A stretch of DNA of 64,000 nt, from contig NC_057750.1 in assembly GCF_004010195.1 (NCBI RefSeq), positions 5,544,595 through 5,608,594 on the forward strand, in the 5' to 3' direction. The notes below the pieces were generated by a model. That model saw nothing but the letters and a program-made list of their open reading frames with translations. It had not been told where the DNA came from and made no database searches. Both the position numbers and the translations under genes were made by a program. The DNA comes from Chiloscyllium plagiosum. Lineage: Eukaryota. Below, in pieces: positions 26,700 through 39,345 of this stretch (position 1 is its first letter; every line of letters begins with the position of its first letter).

Positions 26700-28082
26700 C
26701 TGAAATATATCTCACACCCTTCAGTGAAACAGTAATGTACCTCAGATACGTTGCTATAACATGCTGATGCCTCAGATTTTTCAGTATGACACAGGAATAC
26801 ACTTCAATATTATGCATGTATATGCCTCAGAAAGCTAAATACAATACTCTGATGTATTCCACAGCCCTCACTGAAACACTTATAATATGCACACCTCAAT
26901 GTAACACAGTTATACCCCTCATTATAACATTGATACACCTCACACCACTCTCTGTAACATTTTGATATTCTCTGCAACGCTTACTGTAGCTCACTGATCT
27001 ATCCCACACTGTTACACTGCTCATTGTAACACTCTGATATATCTATGATACATCCCACATCCCTCATTATAAGCACTCTGATACACCCCACATCCTCATT
27101 GTACCATTCTAATATACCCCACACCCTTCACGCAACACTTTGATATACCCTGCGCCCCTTACTATAACTCTCTGATACATCGCACAGTTACACCTCTCAC
27201 TGTAGCACTTAGCTATACCGCACACTGTAAACACCTTCTGAGTTTTCGCACACTCCTTACTTACTATAACAATCTTATATATCCCACACCCCTCAATGTA
27301 ACACTCAGATATACTTCACACCCCTCACTGTAACACTCTGATAAACACCATGCCCCTCACTGTAACACTGAAATACCCCACATCCCTCACTGAAACACTC
27401 TGATAAACCCACACCCTTGCTATAGCACTTTCATATACCCCACACCCCTCATTGTAACAATCTGATAAACCCACACTCCTTGCTGTAACACTCTGATGCA
27501 TTCCACACTCTTCACTGTAACACTGATATGTCCCATATCCTTCTGTGTAACACTCTGATATATCCCTAACCCTCACTATAACACTGTAATATACCCTGCA
27601 CCCCTCACTGAAACACTCAGATGTACCCCACACCCCTCACTGTAGCACCTTTATATACCCTATACCCATCACTGTAACACTCTGATATACCCAATACCCC
27701 TCACTGTAATGCTCAGATATACCACACACCCTTCACTGTAACACTCAGATATACAGCTCACTGTAGCACTCTGATATACCCAATACCCCTCACTGTAACA
27801 CTCTGATATACCGCACACTCCTCACAGTAACACTCAGATATACCACTCACTGTAACACTGATATACCCCACATCCCTCACTGTAACACTGATATACCCCA
27901 CACCCCTCATTGTAACACTCCTGATATACCCCATACCCCTCACTGTAACACTCTGATATATCGGACACCCTTCACTGTAACACTCCGATATACCCCTCAC
28001 CCCTCACTGTAACACTCAGATATACCACACACCCCTCACTGTAACACTCTGATATAGCCCACACCCCTCAGTGTAGCATTAG
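26700..28082 (+). repeat. ~33-bp minisatellite array, unit about CCCCTCACTGTAACACTCTGATATACCCCACAC
   Basis: Dozens of tandem units, degenerate on the left and more homogeneous toward 28080. Confidence 0.92.
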
Positions 28083-28823
28083 TGTATTGTACAGTCCTTA
28101 TTATAATATGCTGGTTCAGACTATCGAATTCTGTTCCTCAGGGAACAGCGTAAGACAAGTTAATCAGTATGTTGGATGAGTTAGACAGATGCTTGACTGA
28201 GTCCGAGAGAAATGGGGTTTATCAGAAAATAGAGAGCACGATGAGATCATCCATGAACGTATGGAATGGTAAAACAGGCTGGAGGGGCTGACTCGCCCAC
28301 TCCTGTTCCTAATTTGCATGTTTTTTTTCACATGAATTGGAATATTGACAACAGCATTTGGGTGAAGCCAGGTTTACACGTGAAAGTAGAATGCTGTTCA
28401 GCAGAGGTCAAAGATAACAATGTCATGGATGATTTGGTGCTATCTCCAATGTTACTGCCCAAGCCCTTGGTGGCGATAGGGACAGTTGGTCTTAAGCCAC
28501 ATTTCAACTGCCAAGGTCAGAGAGATGTTAATTTTTATGTTGCATTTCAAAACAAAGGCAGTTTGGTATCCGAGGTCTGGAGTAACAAAGTAAATCGCAG
28601 AGAGTTCTGTGAATCATTGAAAAGCATCTCTTATTAAAGATTAAAATTACATATGAGCTTCTCTGGAAGGGACATGGAGAACAGTCCATTTACCAACATT
28701 CAGCTTGTAAAGTGTTGAGGAACTGTCACAGAGGATTGATCTGAAACACGACGCAATGTTTCCAGTAAAACTGTGATAAAGGCTGGATCAAAGTGTGTTA
28801 ATATGGAATCTGGCTAATCCCAG

Positions 28824-29950
28824 AGAGGGGTGTCGTGTATGTCAGAGTGTTACAGTGAGGGGTGTGGGGTACATCAGAGTGTTGCAGTGAGGGGTGTGGG
28901 GTACATCAGAGTGTTACAGTGAGAGATGTGGGACATTTCAGTGTGTTATAGTGAGGGCTATGGGGGTATGTCAGAGTGTTGCAGTGTGCAGGCTGGGTAT
29001 ATCAGAGTATCACAGTGAGGTGTGTGGGTTATGTCAGAGTGATACAGTGAAGGTTGTGGGCTACATTAGATTGTTACAGTGAGGGCTGTGGGATATATAA
29101 GTGTGTTACAGTGAGGGCTGTGGCACGATTTCCCGAGCCACCTCCTTCAGTATCCTGGGATGCAGACCATCAGGCCCCGGGGGCTTATCAACCTTCAGAC
29201 CTAACAGTTTCTCCAACACCAAATCCTGGCAAATATAGATTCCCTTAAGTTCAGGTCCTTCAGCCACTGTTACCTCAGGGAGATTGCTTGTGTCTTCCCC
29301 AGTGAACACAGATCTGAAGTACCCATTTAATTCTTTTGCCATTTCTTTGTTCCCCGTAATATATTCCCCTGTTTCTGTCTTCAAGGGCCCAATTTTAGTC
29401 CTAACCATTTTTTTGCCTTGCACATACTTAAAAAAGCTTTTACTGACCTCCTTTATATTATTGGCCAGTTTACCTTCGTACCTCATTTTTCCTCTGCGTA
29501 TTTCCTTCTTAGTAATCCTCTGTTGCTCTTTAAGCTTCCCAGTCCTCAGTATGACAATGAGGGGTATATCTGAATGTTACTGTGTGGACTGTGGGGTATA
29601 TCAGAGAATGTTACACTGAGGGATGTTGGGGTGATCAAAGAGTGTTACAGCGAGGGGTGTGGGATATATAAGAGTGTTACAGTGAGGGATGTGGGGTATA
29701 TCAGAGAGTGTTACAGTGTGGGGTATATCAGAGGTTGTGCGATATATCAGAGTGTTACAGTGAGGGGTGTGGGGTATATCAGAGTATTGCAGTGAGGGTT
29801 GTGGGGTATAAATGTATTACAGTGAGGGGTGTGGGGTATATCAGAGTATTGCAGTGAGGGTTGTGGGGTATATATGTGTTACAGTGAGGGGTGTGGAGTA
29901 TATCAGTATATCCAAATGTTACAGTGAAAGGTGAAGGGTTGGGATATACA
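28824..29950 (-). repeat. Same minisatellite in inverted orientation (gtgtggggtatatcagagtgttacagtgagggg), split by a CR1 fragment
   Basis: Units are the reverse complement of the 26700-28082 array. Confidence 0.92.
29122..29548 (-). mobile_element. Internal CR1 ORF2 fragment (region just upstream of RT)
   Basis: ORF 29106-29486: YEGKLANNIKEVSKSFFKYV...IGPLKTETGE...FRSVFT...DKPPGPDGLHPRILKE, typical of CR1 ORF2. Confidence 0.9.
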
Positions 29951-31394
29951 GTATCAGAATTTTGTCTCCTCTCCGTTGTAATTGGAAGTGCTCTGTTGCT
30001 GAACCGTGTCCCCTCATTCTGCTCACTCTAAGGAGGGAAATATTATGTCAGTCTCCAGATCATCCAGTCCTGTCAGAGCCTTGTGTGTTTCCATAAGATC
30101 GCCTCTCATTCACCTAAACTCTAATGGATACAGGCTTTGTCTGTCCTCTGAAGATTACACCATCATCCCATTTATAAATCAAGTGAGCCTTTGTCGTGCT
30201 GCAGGCCCAGTTATTAGTCTCTTTGTGGGATCTTACTGTGCACTTGGTGGCACATGGCTCCATGACAACTGACTGCATTTCAGAAATAAGCTGTTGCTAG
30301 TGAAACCCTTGTGGACACAATGAATCATTGAAAATATGCAGGGTAGGGCAGTAGGTCAGGCAGGGACTCAAGAGTCTTGCTAGCCCAGGTGTAGATTGTA
30401 AGCTGGCCAGCTGGCCAAACCACTGGTTAGGCCACAGACAGAGTTCTGGTCACCGCACTGAGCAAAATCAGTGCTCTCACTAAAGAAGTACAGAAGAGGT
30501 TTACAAGAAGCAAAAACAGAAGTTGCTGTAAAAACTCAGCAGGTCTGGCAGCACCTGTGGAGAAAAACCAGAGTTAACGCTTCGGGTGTGGTGACCCTTT
30601 TACAAAACAAGGAGGTTGCCTGGACGAGAGAATTTACATAATGAGGGACAATAATATCTGGATATTAAAGATATAACAGGGAAATGGTGCTGAGATAGAA
30701 GATCAAGCATGATTCAGCTGAACAGTAGAGGGGCTGAATTCACTTTTCTAAAATATTTCTTCATCAACCTGTTAGAGATGTTATTACACCCCGTCTGGAG
30801 CATGTGGGACTTGAACCCAGGTCTCCTGGTTGGCACATTATCACTGTGTCACAAGACCTTTTCCTACACCCTAAGGAGGCTGAGGGGAGAAAGAGTTGAC
30901 ACATATTGATATAAGGGGTCTGAAAGGGAAGACCCTAATCCCCTTGTTTGAGGGAGTCAGTTTCTAAGGGACACAGTTTTATAGTAAGAGAGGAGGCGTG
31001 GGGAAAAGCTTTTCACCCAGAGGGTGGTGAGGCTTTGAAAATGGAAGGCAAGGCCGAAACCCTTTAGAATTCGACATGCAGTTGAAGTGCTGAAAATTAT
31101 TAGGGAAAGAGAAACCTTTTCACTCAGCAAGTGGAATGCATTGGCTGAATGAGACAAGAAGAACTTTCCCAAAGATGAAGCTTGGGCTGTTATCCGGAGA
31201 GGAGAGATCTATAGGATGACAGAAGAGGCAGGAGAGTGACACTGGGTGCAATTGTGCTTGCAGAGAGCTAGCTGTCCTCTGGTTTTGTAAGGCAGCTGGG
31301 AAGTGGGATTAGACTGAGTGGCTGTTTGTTTACTGGGATAAACAGGCTACATGGTACAACTTGTCTATCCATGCTGTAAATTTCGATAATTGTT

Positions 31395-32031
31395 CATAGA
31401 ATCCCTTCCATGTGGAAACAGGCCCTTCGGTCCAACAAGCCCACACCAACCCTCCGAAGAGTAACCCACCCAGACCCATTCCCCTACTACTCTACACTTA
31501 CCCCTGACTAATGCACCTAACCTACACATCCCTGAGCACTACGGGCAATTTAGCACAGCCAATTCACCCTGACCTGCACATCTTTGAATTGTGGGAGGAG
31601 ACCGGAACACCCAGAGGAAACCCACGCAGGCACGGGGTGAACGTGCAAACTCCACACAGGCAATCACCCGAGGCTGAAATCGAAGCCGGCTCCCAGGCAC
31701 TGTGGGGCAGCAGTGCTAACCACTGTAGATTACTTACAGTGTGGAAACAGGCCCTTCGGCCCAACAAGTCCACACCGCCCCGCCAAAGCGCAACCCACCC
31801 ATACCCCTGCATTTACCCCTTACCTAACACTACGGGCAATTTAGCATGGCCAATTCACCTGACCTGCACATCTTTGGACTGTGGGAGGAAACCGGAGCAC
31901 CCGGAGGAAACCCACACAGACACGGGGAGAACGTGCAAACTCCACACAGTCAGTCGCCTGAGGCGGGAATTGAACCCGGGTCTCTGGCGCTGTGAGGCAG
32001 CAGTGCTAACGACTGTGCCACCGTGCCGCCC
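31395..32031 (-). mobile_element. Two HE1-like SINEs in tandem (older 31395-31726, younger 31727-32031)
   Basis: Two SINE bodies; the junction ...ctaaccactgt|agattacttacag truncates the first head. Confidence 0.88.
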
Positions 32032-33059
32032 ATAATTTTATCTTGTTACCTCTAATTAAGCTGTTCTGTCAATATTCTTTTTAAATTCATGGGATAAGGG
32101 TGCCACCGGCTAGGCCAGCATTTATTGCCCACCCCAGAAGGCAATTAAAAGTCAACCACATTGCTGTGGATCTGTAGTCACATGTAGAACAGACCCAGGT
32201 AAGACTGGCAGATTTCCTTCCTTAAATGGTTAGAGTGAATCAGATGGGACTTTTCCCCCCTCTCAGCCATCAACAATGGTTTCAACGGTCACCATTGTTA
32301 ATTCTAGATTTTGATTGAATTCAAATTCCACCATCTGCCATGGCAGGATTCAAACCCAGGACCCAGCAATAGCACCACAGCGACATCGCCTCCCATTAAT
32401 CGCTTTTCAAGGTCCTGAAAAGGCACTGTGTAAAGGCTGATAGAGGTAATGCCATCTTCCCTTTCTTTGGTTAACTGGAAGCTGTGTCACAGCCTTGAAA
32501 GTTGCAGGAAAGTTAATGACAGAAGGGTCAAATTTGTGGAGTTTCCCTGGCTGCAGTCCAAGGCTAAACAAATGGGAGTGGATGAGATCATGAGCTATAT
32601 TTGGTGCCAATATATACTGGCAACTGGCTGAGGGATCTGAAAATCCAGCCTGCGAGAGATTGAATGAATGTTATGAAGTCTCTCGCAGTTCTCTGCAGCC
32701 AACAGAAATAGATGCTAAAATTCAGGTCTTCTTTAAGATACAAGGGAGTGGTCAAGAGTGTTACAAGAAGCAGCAGTTGGCTCTTACAGTCACTAAGCCT
32801 GTTCCACCTTTCGATCTGATCTGCTTCCTTGCATGTCCCCCCACCCTGACATCACTCTCCATTCCCCTCCAGCACGTGAATTTATCAGACTTGGCCTGCA
32901 ATATATTTGGTAACTCAGCCTTCACCACTCTCTGGGGGTAGAGCATTCAAAGGATTTGTGACTGCCTGGTGGATGAAATTCCTCCTCAACTCTGTCCTTA
33001 CTGTGAAACCATAACCATCGTACCCCAGTTCCAGCCTCCCCCCTCGAAGGGAAAAGTGG

Positions 33060-33908
33060 TTGAGCAGAGGTGATAGCTAAGTTCGGTACCCATAGGGAGG
33101 GCCTAAACCGGGACCTTGGGTTCATGTCACATTACAGGTGACCACCATTGCACTATACATACACACACACAGACACTCCTACACACACACACACACACGT
33201 ACTCCTATACACACAGACACACATATACACAGATGTGCGCACAGACACTCACACACACCCTTACAGACACACACACACTCCCACACTCACATATGCACCC
33301 CCTCACAGACTTAAAACACTCTAAACTCACTACACACACACACATACACTTTCTCACACTCACGGCCTCCAACCAGACAGACACACACACACACACACAC
33401 AGACAAAGACCCACATGCACACATATATTTTGTGGGGTGAATTTGTACTTGCAGGATTCCATTGTACTTTGCTCAAAAACTGCATGCATTCATGTAGAAC
33501 TCTGAGCTCAAAAACTGCATGAATTTATGTAAAACTCCATTATCTCAGTATTTAGATCAGACTCAATCTAAACATCATGGCATAGACAGAGAACACAGGC
33601 GGCTAACACCTTCAACATATTGTCTGGCTTATCACCATTGTTAACAGTTAACCTGAGAATGCAACTTTTTAAAAAAGGTTTAAAAAAGAAATAAAACAAT
33701 CATGGCATTCAAACAGATGAAAGACTTAACAGACAATCAATTTTTCAATGTATAATTTCAGTAACATCACACTGTAAATTTTTGCTATAAATTCTGTGTT
33801 AGGATTGAGCCCTCCACTATCACCTGAAGAAGGAGCGACGCTCCGAAAGCTAGTGTGCTTCCAATTAAACCTGTTGGACTATAACCTGGTGTTGTGTGAT
33901 TTTTAACT
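33060..33908 (+). mobile_element. 5'-truncated Penelope-like element: GIY-YIG C-terminal remnant, (CA)n tract and terminal repeat with hammerhead
   Basis: 33062-33141 reads (one frameshift) EQR/IAKFGTHREGLNRDLGFMSHYR*, resembling the end of a PLE endonuclease; hammerhead cac-CTGAAGA-aggagc-gac-gctcc-GAAAGCTA-gtg at 33821-33855. Confidence 0.8.
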
Positions 33909-34489
33909 AAGTATAAATATTGTTTTCCTTTTTCTTTGGTACTTCTTGTGAAATGTCCAAATGAATACAAATCTAAAAAGCTTCAACAATCAGTGTCCCT
34001 TTATCAGCGATATTAAAGTTCTGTACGGCCAAAAAACTAGTTTGGTGAAACTTGATCATTACTGAAAAAAGAGACAAGCTGTCATACCATTTTGACTTTC
34101 ACTTGTCAGGTTAGAATGGCAAGAATGCCAAATCTGACAGTTTAAACCGGAATTGGCAAGTGGACTCTGATTGGTTAGAGGCATTATTATGGCAAATGTG
34201 CTAGGGAGCAGTTGACTGACAAGCTTTTGTTTAAATTTAAACCAGGCAAGTCTACTGTAATTGGTCAAAGTATTACCATGAGGCACGTGGCAGGGATTGG
34301 CCATCCACCATCTGTTTTGTTTAATTGAAAATATATGTTATATGGACAAGTCCTTTCTGTTTTCAAAGGGCAGGGCCCTGCATGTGAAAGTGTGTAGATG
34401 CGAACACACCTAAATGAATCACACAGCAAACCCAACTGATAATGTTAACGTGGCTCTGTCTTTATGGGAAACATGGGATAAATACCAAT

Positions 34490-34690
34490 AAAAACTGAAA
34501 GACCTGCGGACGCTGTAAATCAGAAACAAAAACAGAAATTGCTGGAAAAGCTCAAGCAGGTCCGACAGCATCTGTGGAGAGAAATCAGTTCTGAAGAAGG
34601 GTCACTCGACCTGAAATGTTAACTCTGATCTCTCTCCACAGATACTGTTGGACTTGCTGAGCTTTTCCCGCAATTTCTGTATTTGCTTCA
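34490..34690. mobile_element. Palindromic PLE-derived short element (family also at about 11515, 21670, 30510, 49545, 63715)
   Basis: Inverted arms cagaaattgctggaaaagctca...ggagagaaatcag around a CTGAAGA-agggtc...gacct-GAAA loop. Confidence 0.65.
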
Positions 34691-35339
34691 GATATTATAT
34701 CAGTTTCTCCTCCCCAGCTGTGTTTATATGCAATGTGTTTTTTTTCCTCTCTGGCTACATTCTATTTATGACATCTTCATCTCTGTTAACTCGAAATACT
34801 GGTGGGATTCCCCGTTCTTGACATCTCATGCTTTCTTGACTGTAATGAATAGGGAACTGAATGGCATTTGTGAAAATAAAGACTTGCATTTATATTGCAC
34901 ATTCCAAAGTGCTTTATAACCTACGTGTTATCTTTGATGGGATGGTGTAGTGGTAATATCACTGTGTTAGTAATCTAGGGAGCTTAGTTTGGGGGATGTG
35001 GGTTTAAATCCCACCACAGGCAAAATTTTAAATTTAGTTAATAATTCTGGAATTGGAAGCTAACGTTGCCATTAAACTACCATCAATTGTTTAAAAAAAT
35101 CTGGTTCACTAGTGTCCTTTAGGGAAGGAAAGCTACTGTCCTTACCCAGTCTGGCTTACATGTGACTCCAGACCCACAACAGGATTGTGTCCTGCCTAGC
35201 AAGTGGAAAGGTAGATAGGAATGGGCACTGAACAATGCCCACAGCCTCATGAAGAAAGAAATCACTGTTGTTGTGTAGGGAATGAAGCAACCAATTTTTG
35301 CACACAGCAAGCTCCCACACACTAGGTGAGGAACTGAAG

Positions 35340-35778
35340 AAGCATAGCTTGCATTTATATAGCACTTTCCACATCCTCAAGTCGCCTCAAAGCTTTTTAC
35401 AGCTGATTGACTACTTTAGATGCATGATCAATGTTGCAGTGTAGGAACTGTGACAATTTGCACAGTAAGCTCCCAGCAGTGTGATAACGACCATGTGATG
35501 TTTCTTTAAGTTTTGAAGTTGAGGGATAAATATTGACCAGGGTAGTGGGCAACCTCCCTGTTTTTCTCCTTTTGTTGTGAAATATTTTGGTTCCGCTGGA
35601 GACAGCAGACCAGGGTCTCTATTTAATGTCTCATCTGAAAAGTGGCACCTCTGGCAGTGCAGCACTCCCTCTATACTGCACTGGGTATCTCAGCTTGAAG
35701 TTTGAGATTAAGTCGCCAAAGTGGGTCTTGAACCCAGAATTTTCTGACTCAGAGGTGAAGGTACTACCCACTGAGCTG
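35340..35778 (-). mobile_element. Old DeuSINE-like (SacSINE1/AmnSINE1-type) element
   Basis: Minus-strand tRNA-like head gctcagtgggtag...ggttcaagaccc, segment tgcactgccagaggtgccacttttcagatgagacattaaa, tail tgctatataaatgcaag; similar decayed copies near 14700-14930 and 16100-16400. Confidence 0.55.
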
Positions 35779-37099
35779 TGGATTCATTGCACATTCAAGG
35801 TGACTTTGGAGACTGATACTTTGCACAATCTGTGATCAGCTTAGTGTACTTTAAAGGCAGCAGAGTGATTTTGCTATGTAGTTACTGCTGTAATGTAAGA
35901 TGTGGTACCTGCCATACAGTGTGTTCAAATTCTTATGTTCAACAAAAGAACTGTGAGTCGACTCTTATAACAATAATATTCGTTTATTGAACATAATTAA
36001 TATTAGAACACTAAAGTATACTATAAACTAATGACAAACACTGCAAACTATGCTTTAACTTTGTACATCGTATACCGTCACACTAGGACATGGCTGGACT
36101 CCACTTGGTGATATCTTCTTCTTATTCCAATGGTCTTGGAGATGTCTTCTCTCTCTGTGTTATTCTCGATTTCCTGCACTGAGTGGGGTTTTGTAGCAAT
36201 TCTTATCCTCCTGAGTCTTCGCGCCCTTTTCGGAGGACCTTGAGGATCTGCCAATGGATTGATCAGGTTCGATTACCCTGACTGATCAGACCCAACCAAG
36301 TGTTGGCACATTGGTGGCCCTTCAACTGTCTGTGTGAAGTTTACACATTCTCCCCGTGTGTGTGTGGGTTTCCTCCCACAGTCCAGAGATGTGCAGGTCA
36401 TGGTGGATTGGCTACGGGAAGTGCAGGATGAGTGGGATGTGTCTAGGTGAGATAGGGTTGGTGTGGACTCGATGGGCTGAATGGCCTGCTTCCACACTGT
36501 AGGGATTCAATGAGTCCTCTCTAAGGCAAGAATGTGGTAGGGATTTTAAAAAAAAGGTCTATTCTCTTACTCCTGAATTGGAACAACGCATGCTGAAATC
36601 CCTGAGTGAGAAATTTGTGTACAAATGTAGATATTCCCCACACCGTTAGCAGTACTGAGGGAGTGCAGAGTCAGGCAGTCACCTGAGGCTGGAATCAAGC
36701 CCAGGTCCCAGGCACTGTAAGGCAGCAGTGCTGAGCTACTGTGCTTCCACAGTATGTGCAGAAAATTTATTGTGTCGATCAAGAAAAAGAAACAGTGAAT
36801 ACCTGTGCAGCTGAAAAGAACAGCAAGGTTTATGTATTAATAGAGCCACTTAGGCCTGTTTTCTTATTCATTCATGGGATGGGGATATCGCTGGCCAGGC
36901 TAGCACTTATTATCTGTCCCTAATTGCCCAGAGGGCAGTTTAAGAGTCAACTACATTGCTGTGTTTGTGGAGTCCAGACCAGGTAAGGATGGCAGATTTC
37001 TTACCCTGAAGGACATTAATGTACCAGATCGGATTGATCCCCCTGACAATTGACAGGTGGTTGTCATTAATTCCAGATGTTTTTCTTTCCCCCCCCCCA

Positions 37100-37575
37100 T
37101 TCTGAATCTCTTCGTGAGTCAGCTCCTGGACCTGGCCATTAATAGGTCCAGGCAGCGGGTCATGGATGGGGTCGTTATGGCCGTTCCCCTCTTCCGCGGT
37201 TATGTTCGGGCCTGGGTGTCCCTGGAGATGGAGCACGCGGTGTCTACCAATACTCTTCGGCCTCCTTAAGGAGAGATGGGTATGACGGGGTGTAGGGTGC
37301 CTTATTTCCCCCTCCGATTCTGTTTTGATTTAGTCCCTGCCCTCCCCTTCACTTTTTCGTTCACATAGGCATTGCTGTTGAAGAGAAGGGCACTATTCGA
37401 CACTGGCAATTCGGATGATTTTTTCTTCCTAGTGGTGGAGTATGAATAATGTTTCAATAATGCACTCAGTGTTTTCTCACTGCGCCCTAGACCTACACCC
37501 ACAAGACGTGGGTGAATGGGAGAAATAAGCCCTTCCACTGTTTCACAGTAGCGTGGGGAAGGGAGAAAAAAGAAA
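37100..37575 (+). mobile_element. Tx1-clade LINE 3' end
   Basis: LFVSQLLDLAINRSRQRVMDGVV...PLFRGYVRAWVSLEMEHAVST resembles Tx1 ORF2 C-termini; CpG-retaining, A-rich end. Confidence 0.65.
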
Positions 37576-39130
37576 TATAACCAGAAGATTTTGAATCTCC
37601 TCAGTTCAGGGGACTGACTCCAAGCTGGCTGGTCACAGTCAGTGTATTGTGCACAGGTAAAGAAAAATATGACTTAGTGATGGGATACTGGCCTCTGTGC
37701 AGGTTATTTCAGATACCACCACAGCTGGATATGAACCTGGTCCCCAGAACATTACCAAGGTCTCTGAATTAATAGTCCAGCAACCGGAACACTAGGCCAT
37801 CACCTCCCATTTGTTCAGCTTAATATGAAAGTAGTTTGCTGATAAGCTTACTCCTGTTGAACTGCTGCTCCAAGGCACTGGTCTCTGCTATTGTATTCGT
37901 GGGTCACTGCCTGGGAACCACCATCAACTTGGCCCAAAACTGTTGGCATGACGATGGGAAAGCAGCCAACAAGGAGGTCAGTAATCAGATTGGAATGCTA
38001 CCAAGTTCCATTTGTTCAGTGTGGCTTGTGAACAGATAATGCAGTGCGACAATCTATTGCCCACCCCCATGTCTGGTCATGATCATGTTGCTGTTTTGTG
38101 GGAGCTTACTGTGTGCAAAGTTGGACTGCCGTGCATAATCCTCCATTACAGCAGAGGCTACATTTCACGAGTCACCTCACTGACTGTAAAGTAGTTCGCA
38201 ACGTCTGGGGTTTGGAAGAAATGCGGATGCTTTCTTCTGCTGGCGAGGGGACAGGAAGGAGTTAACAAGCTGGGTCGCTGAAGGGTAATACTCGGCTTCC
38301 AAACAGCCCTGTCTGACTCAAGGCCGACCACAGACAATGGAAAAACTGAGAAAGGAAATCTCCTGACTCCCCCCACCGTGGTTTGAACAGCAGAGTTTGA
38401 AAAACCCACTCAAATCTGATGCTGTGTGGGTTGTTTGTTTGTGAGGGCACACTGTCTCCGCCTCTGCCCTGTTGAATTCTTGATAACATCAGCCCGGTTC
38501 CTCACTGTATTCATGTCGGCTGCACTGAAGTTTGATCCAGTCTGAGTCTTGTGTCACTGTGTTCAGCATTCCAGCTCCCCCCCCCCACCTTAAGTCACTC
38601 TCCCCCCACTCTTCTCTATACCACTGTTCCTTCACTGTTGCTAGCTGTAAACACTGCATTTCTCTCTATAGCAGGAGTCTAAGAGTAGCTACACTACAGC
38701 AGTCATTCAAGAAGGCAACTCATCACCACCTTTTCAGGGGCATTTAGAAATGGGTAATAACTGTGGTCTTGCTTGTACAGCTGACATTCCATGAGCGAAT
38801 AACTAAAACAATTTAAAAACCTATTCTTTTGACCAAGCCTTGGATTGCCACTCCTAGGATACACAACGATAAATTCTGTCTGGTCGCATCTTGGGCTGTG
38901 TTACGACCTTAAAGGTTAAAATCAGCTCCCTTCCTAACATCTCTGTGGGTGTACCTGCACCAAGGCCAGAAAGAACATAGCAGTGCAAGAAGGCAGCTCA
39001 GTACCTCCTTTTCAAGGGGCAGTTGGGGTCACTGAAATCTCTTGAACGAGTTCTGAAAAGGTGCTATGTAAAAGCACACGAGGCTTCGAAAGCAGTGCTG
39101 GCTCATTTTTGATCTGAGGGACAGCACGGA

Positions 39131-39345
39131 AACCACAAAGGGTTAATGCGCGTTAGGTTTCCGGGATTGTCTGTTGTTTTTTTTTCTTGTTGGTTGCTAA
39201 GATTCCCTAGATAATCAACCCTGTGGGGAATTCCCCCCCCCCCTTCACTTTGGGGCTTTCCATGGGGTATCACTCTGGTCAGATGTTATTGAGGTGAGAT
39301 GCATGAAACACAAAACTCCCTCCAATGAGCTGTTTCTTAGCAACC
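39131..39345. promoter_or_regulatory. Candidate NF-kB-responsive enhancer
   Basis: GGGGAATTCCCC 39225-39236, GGGGCTTTCC 39252-39261, AACCACA (RUNX) 39131, RFX-like gtttcttagcaac near 39332, all in non-repeat sequence. Confidence 0.4.

Noticed and set aside
27325..29795. Repetitive ORFs (ISECYSEGCG...), and a CRISPR-like or RSS-like reading of the arrays
   Set aside because: These are minisatellite translations. There are no unique spacers or cas genes; tacagtg differs from the RSS heptamer CACAGTG and has no nonamer at 12/23 spacing.
31511..32035. Recurrent ORFs such as CGRKPEHPEETH, WLALLPHSARDPGSIP and MVSTAASQ
   Set aside because: Translations of HE1 SINE copies, not genes.
33116..33505. 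His/Thr-rich ORF
   Set aside because: Translation of a degenerate (CA)n tract inside a PLE.
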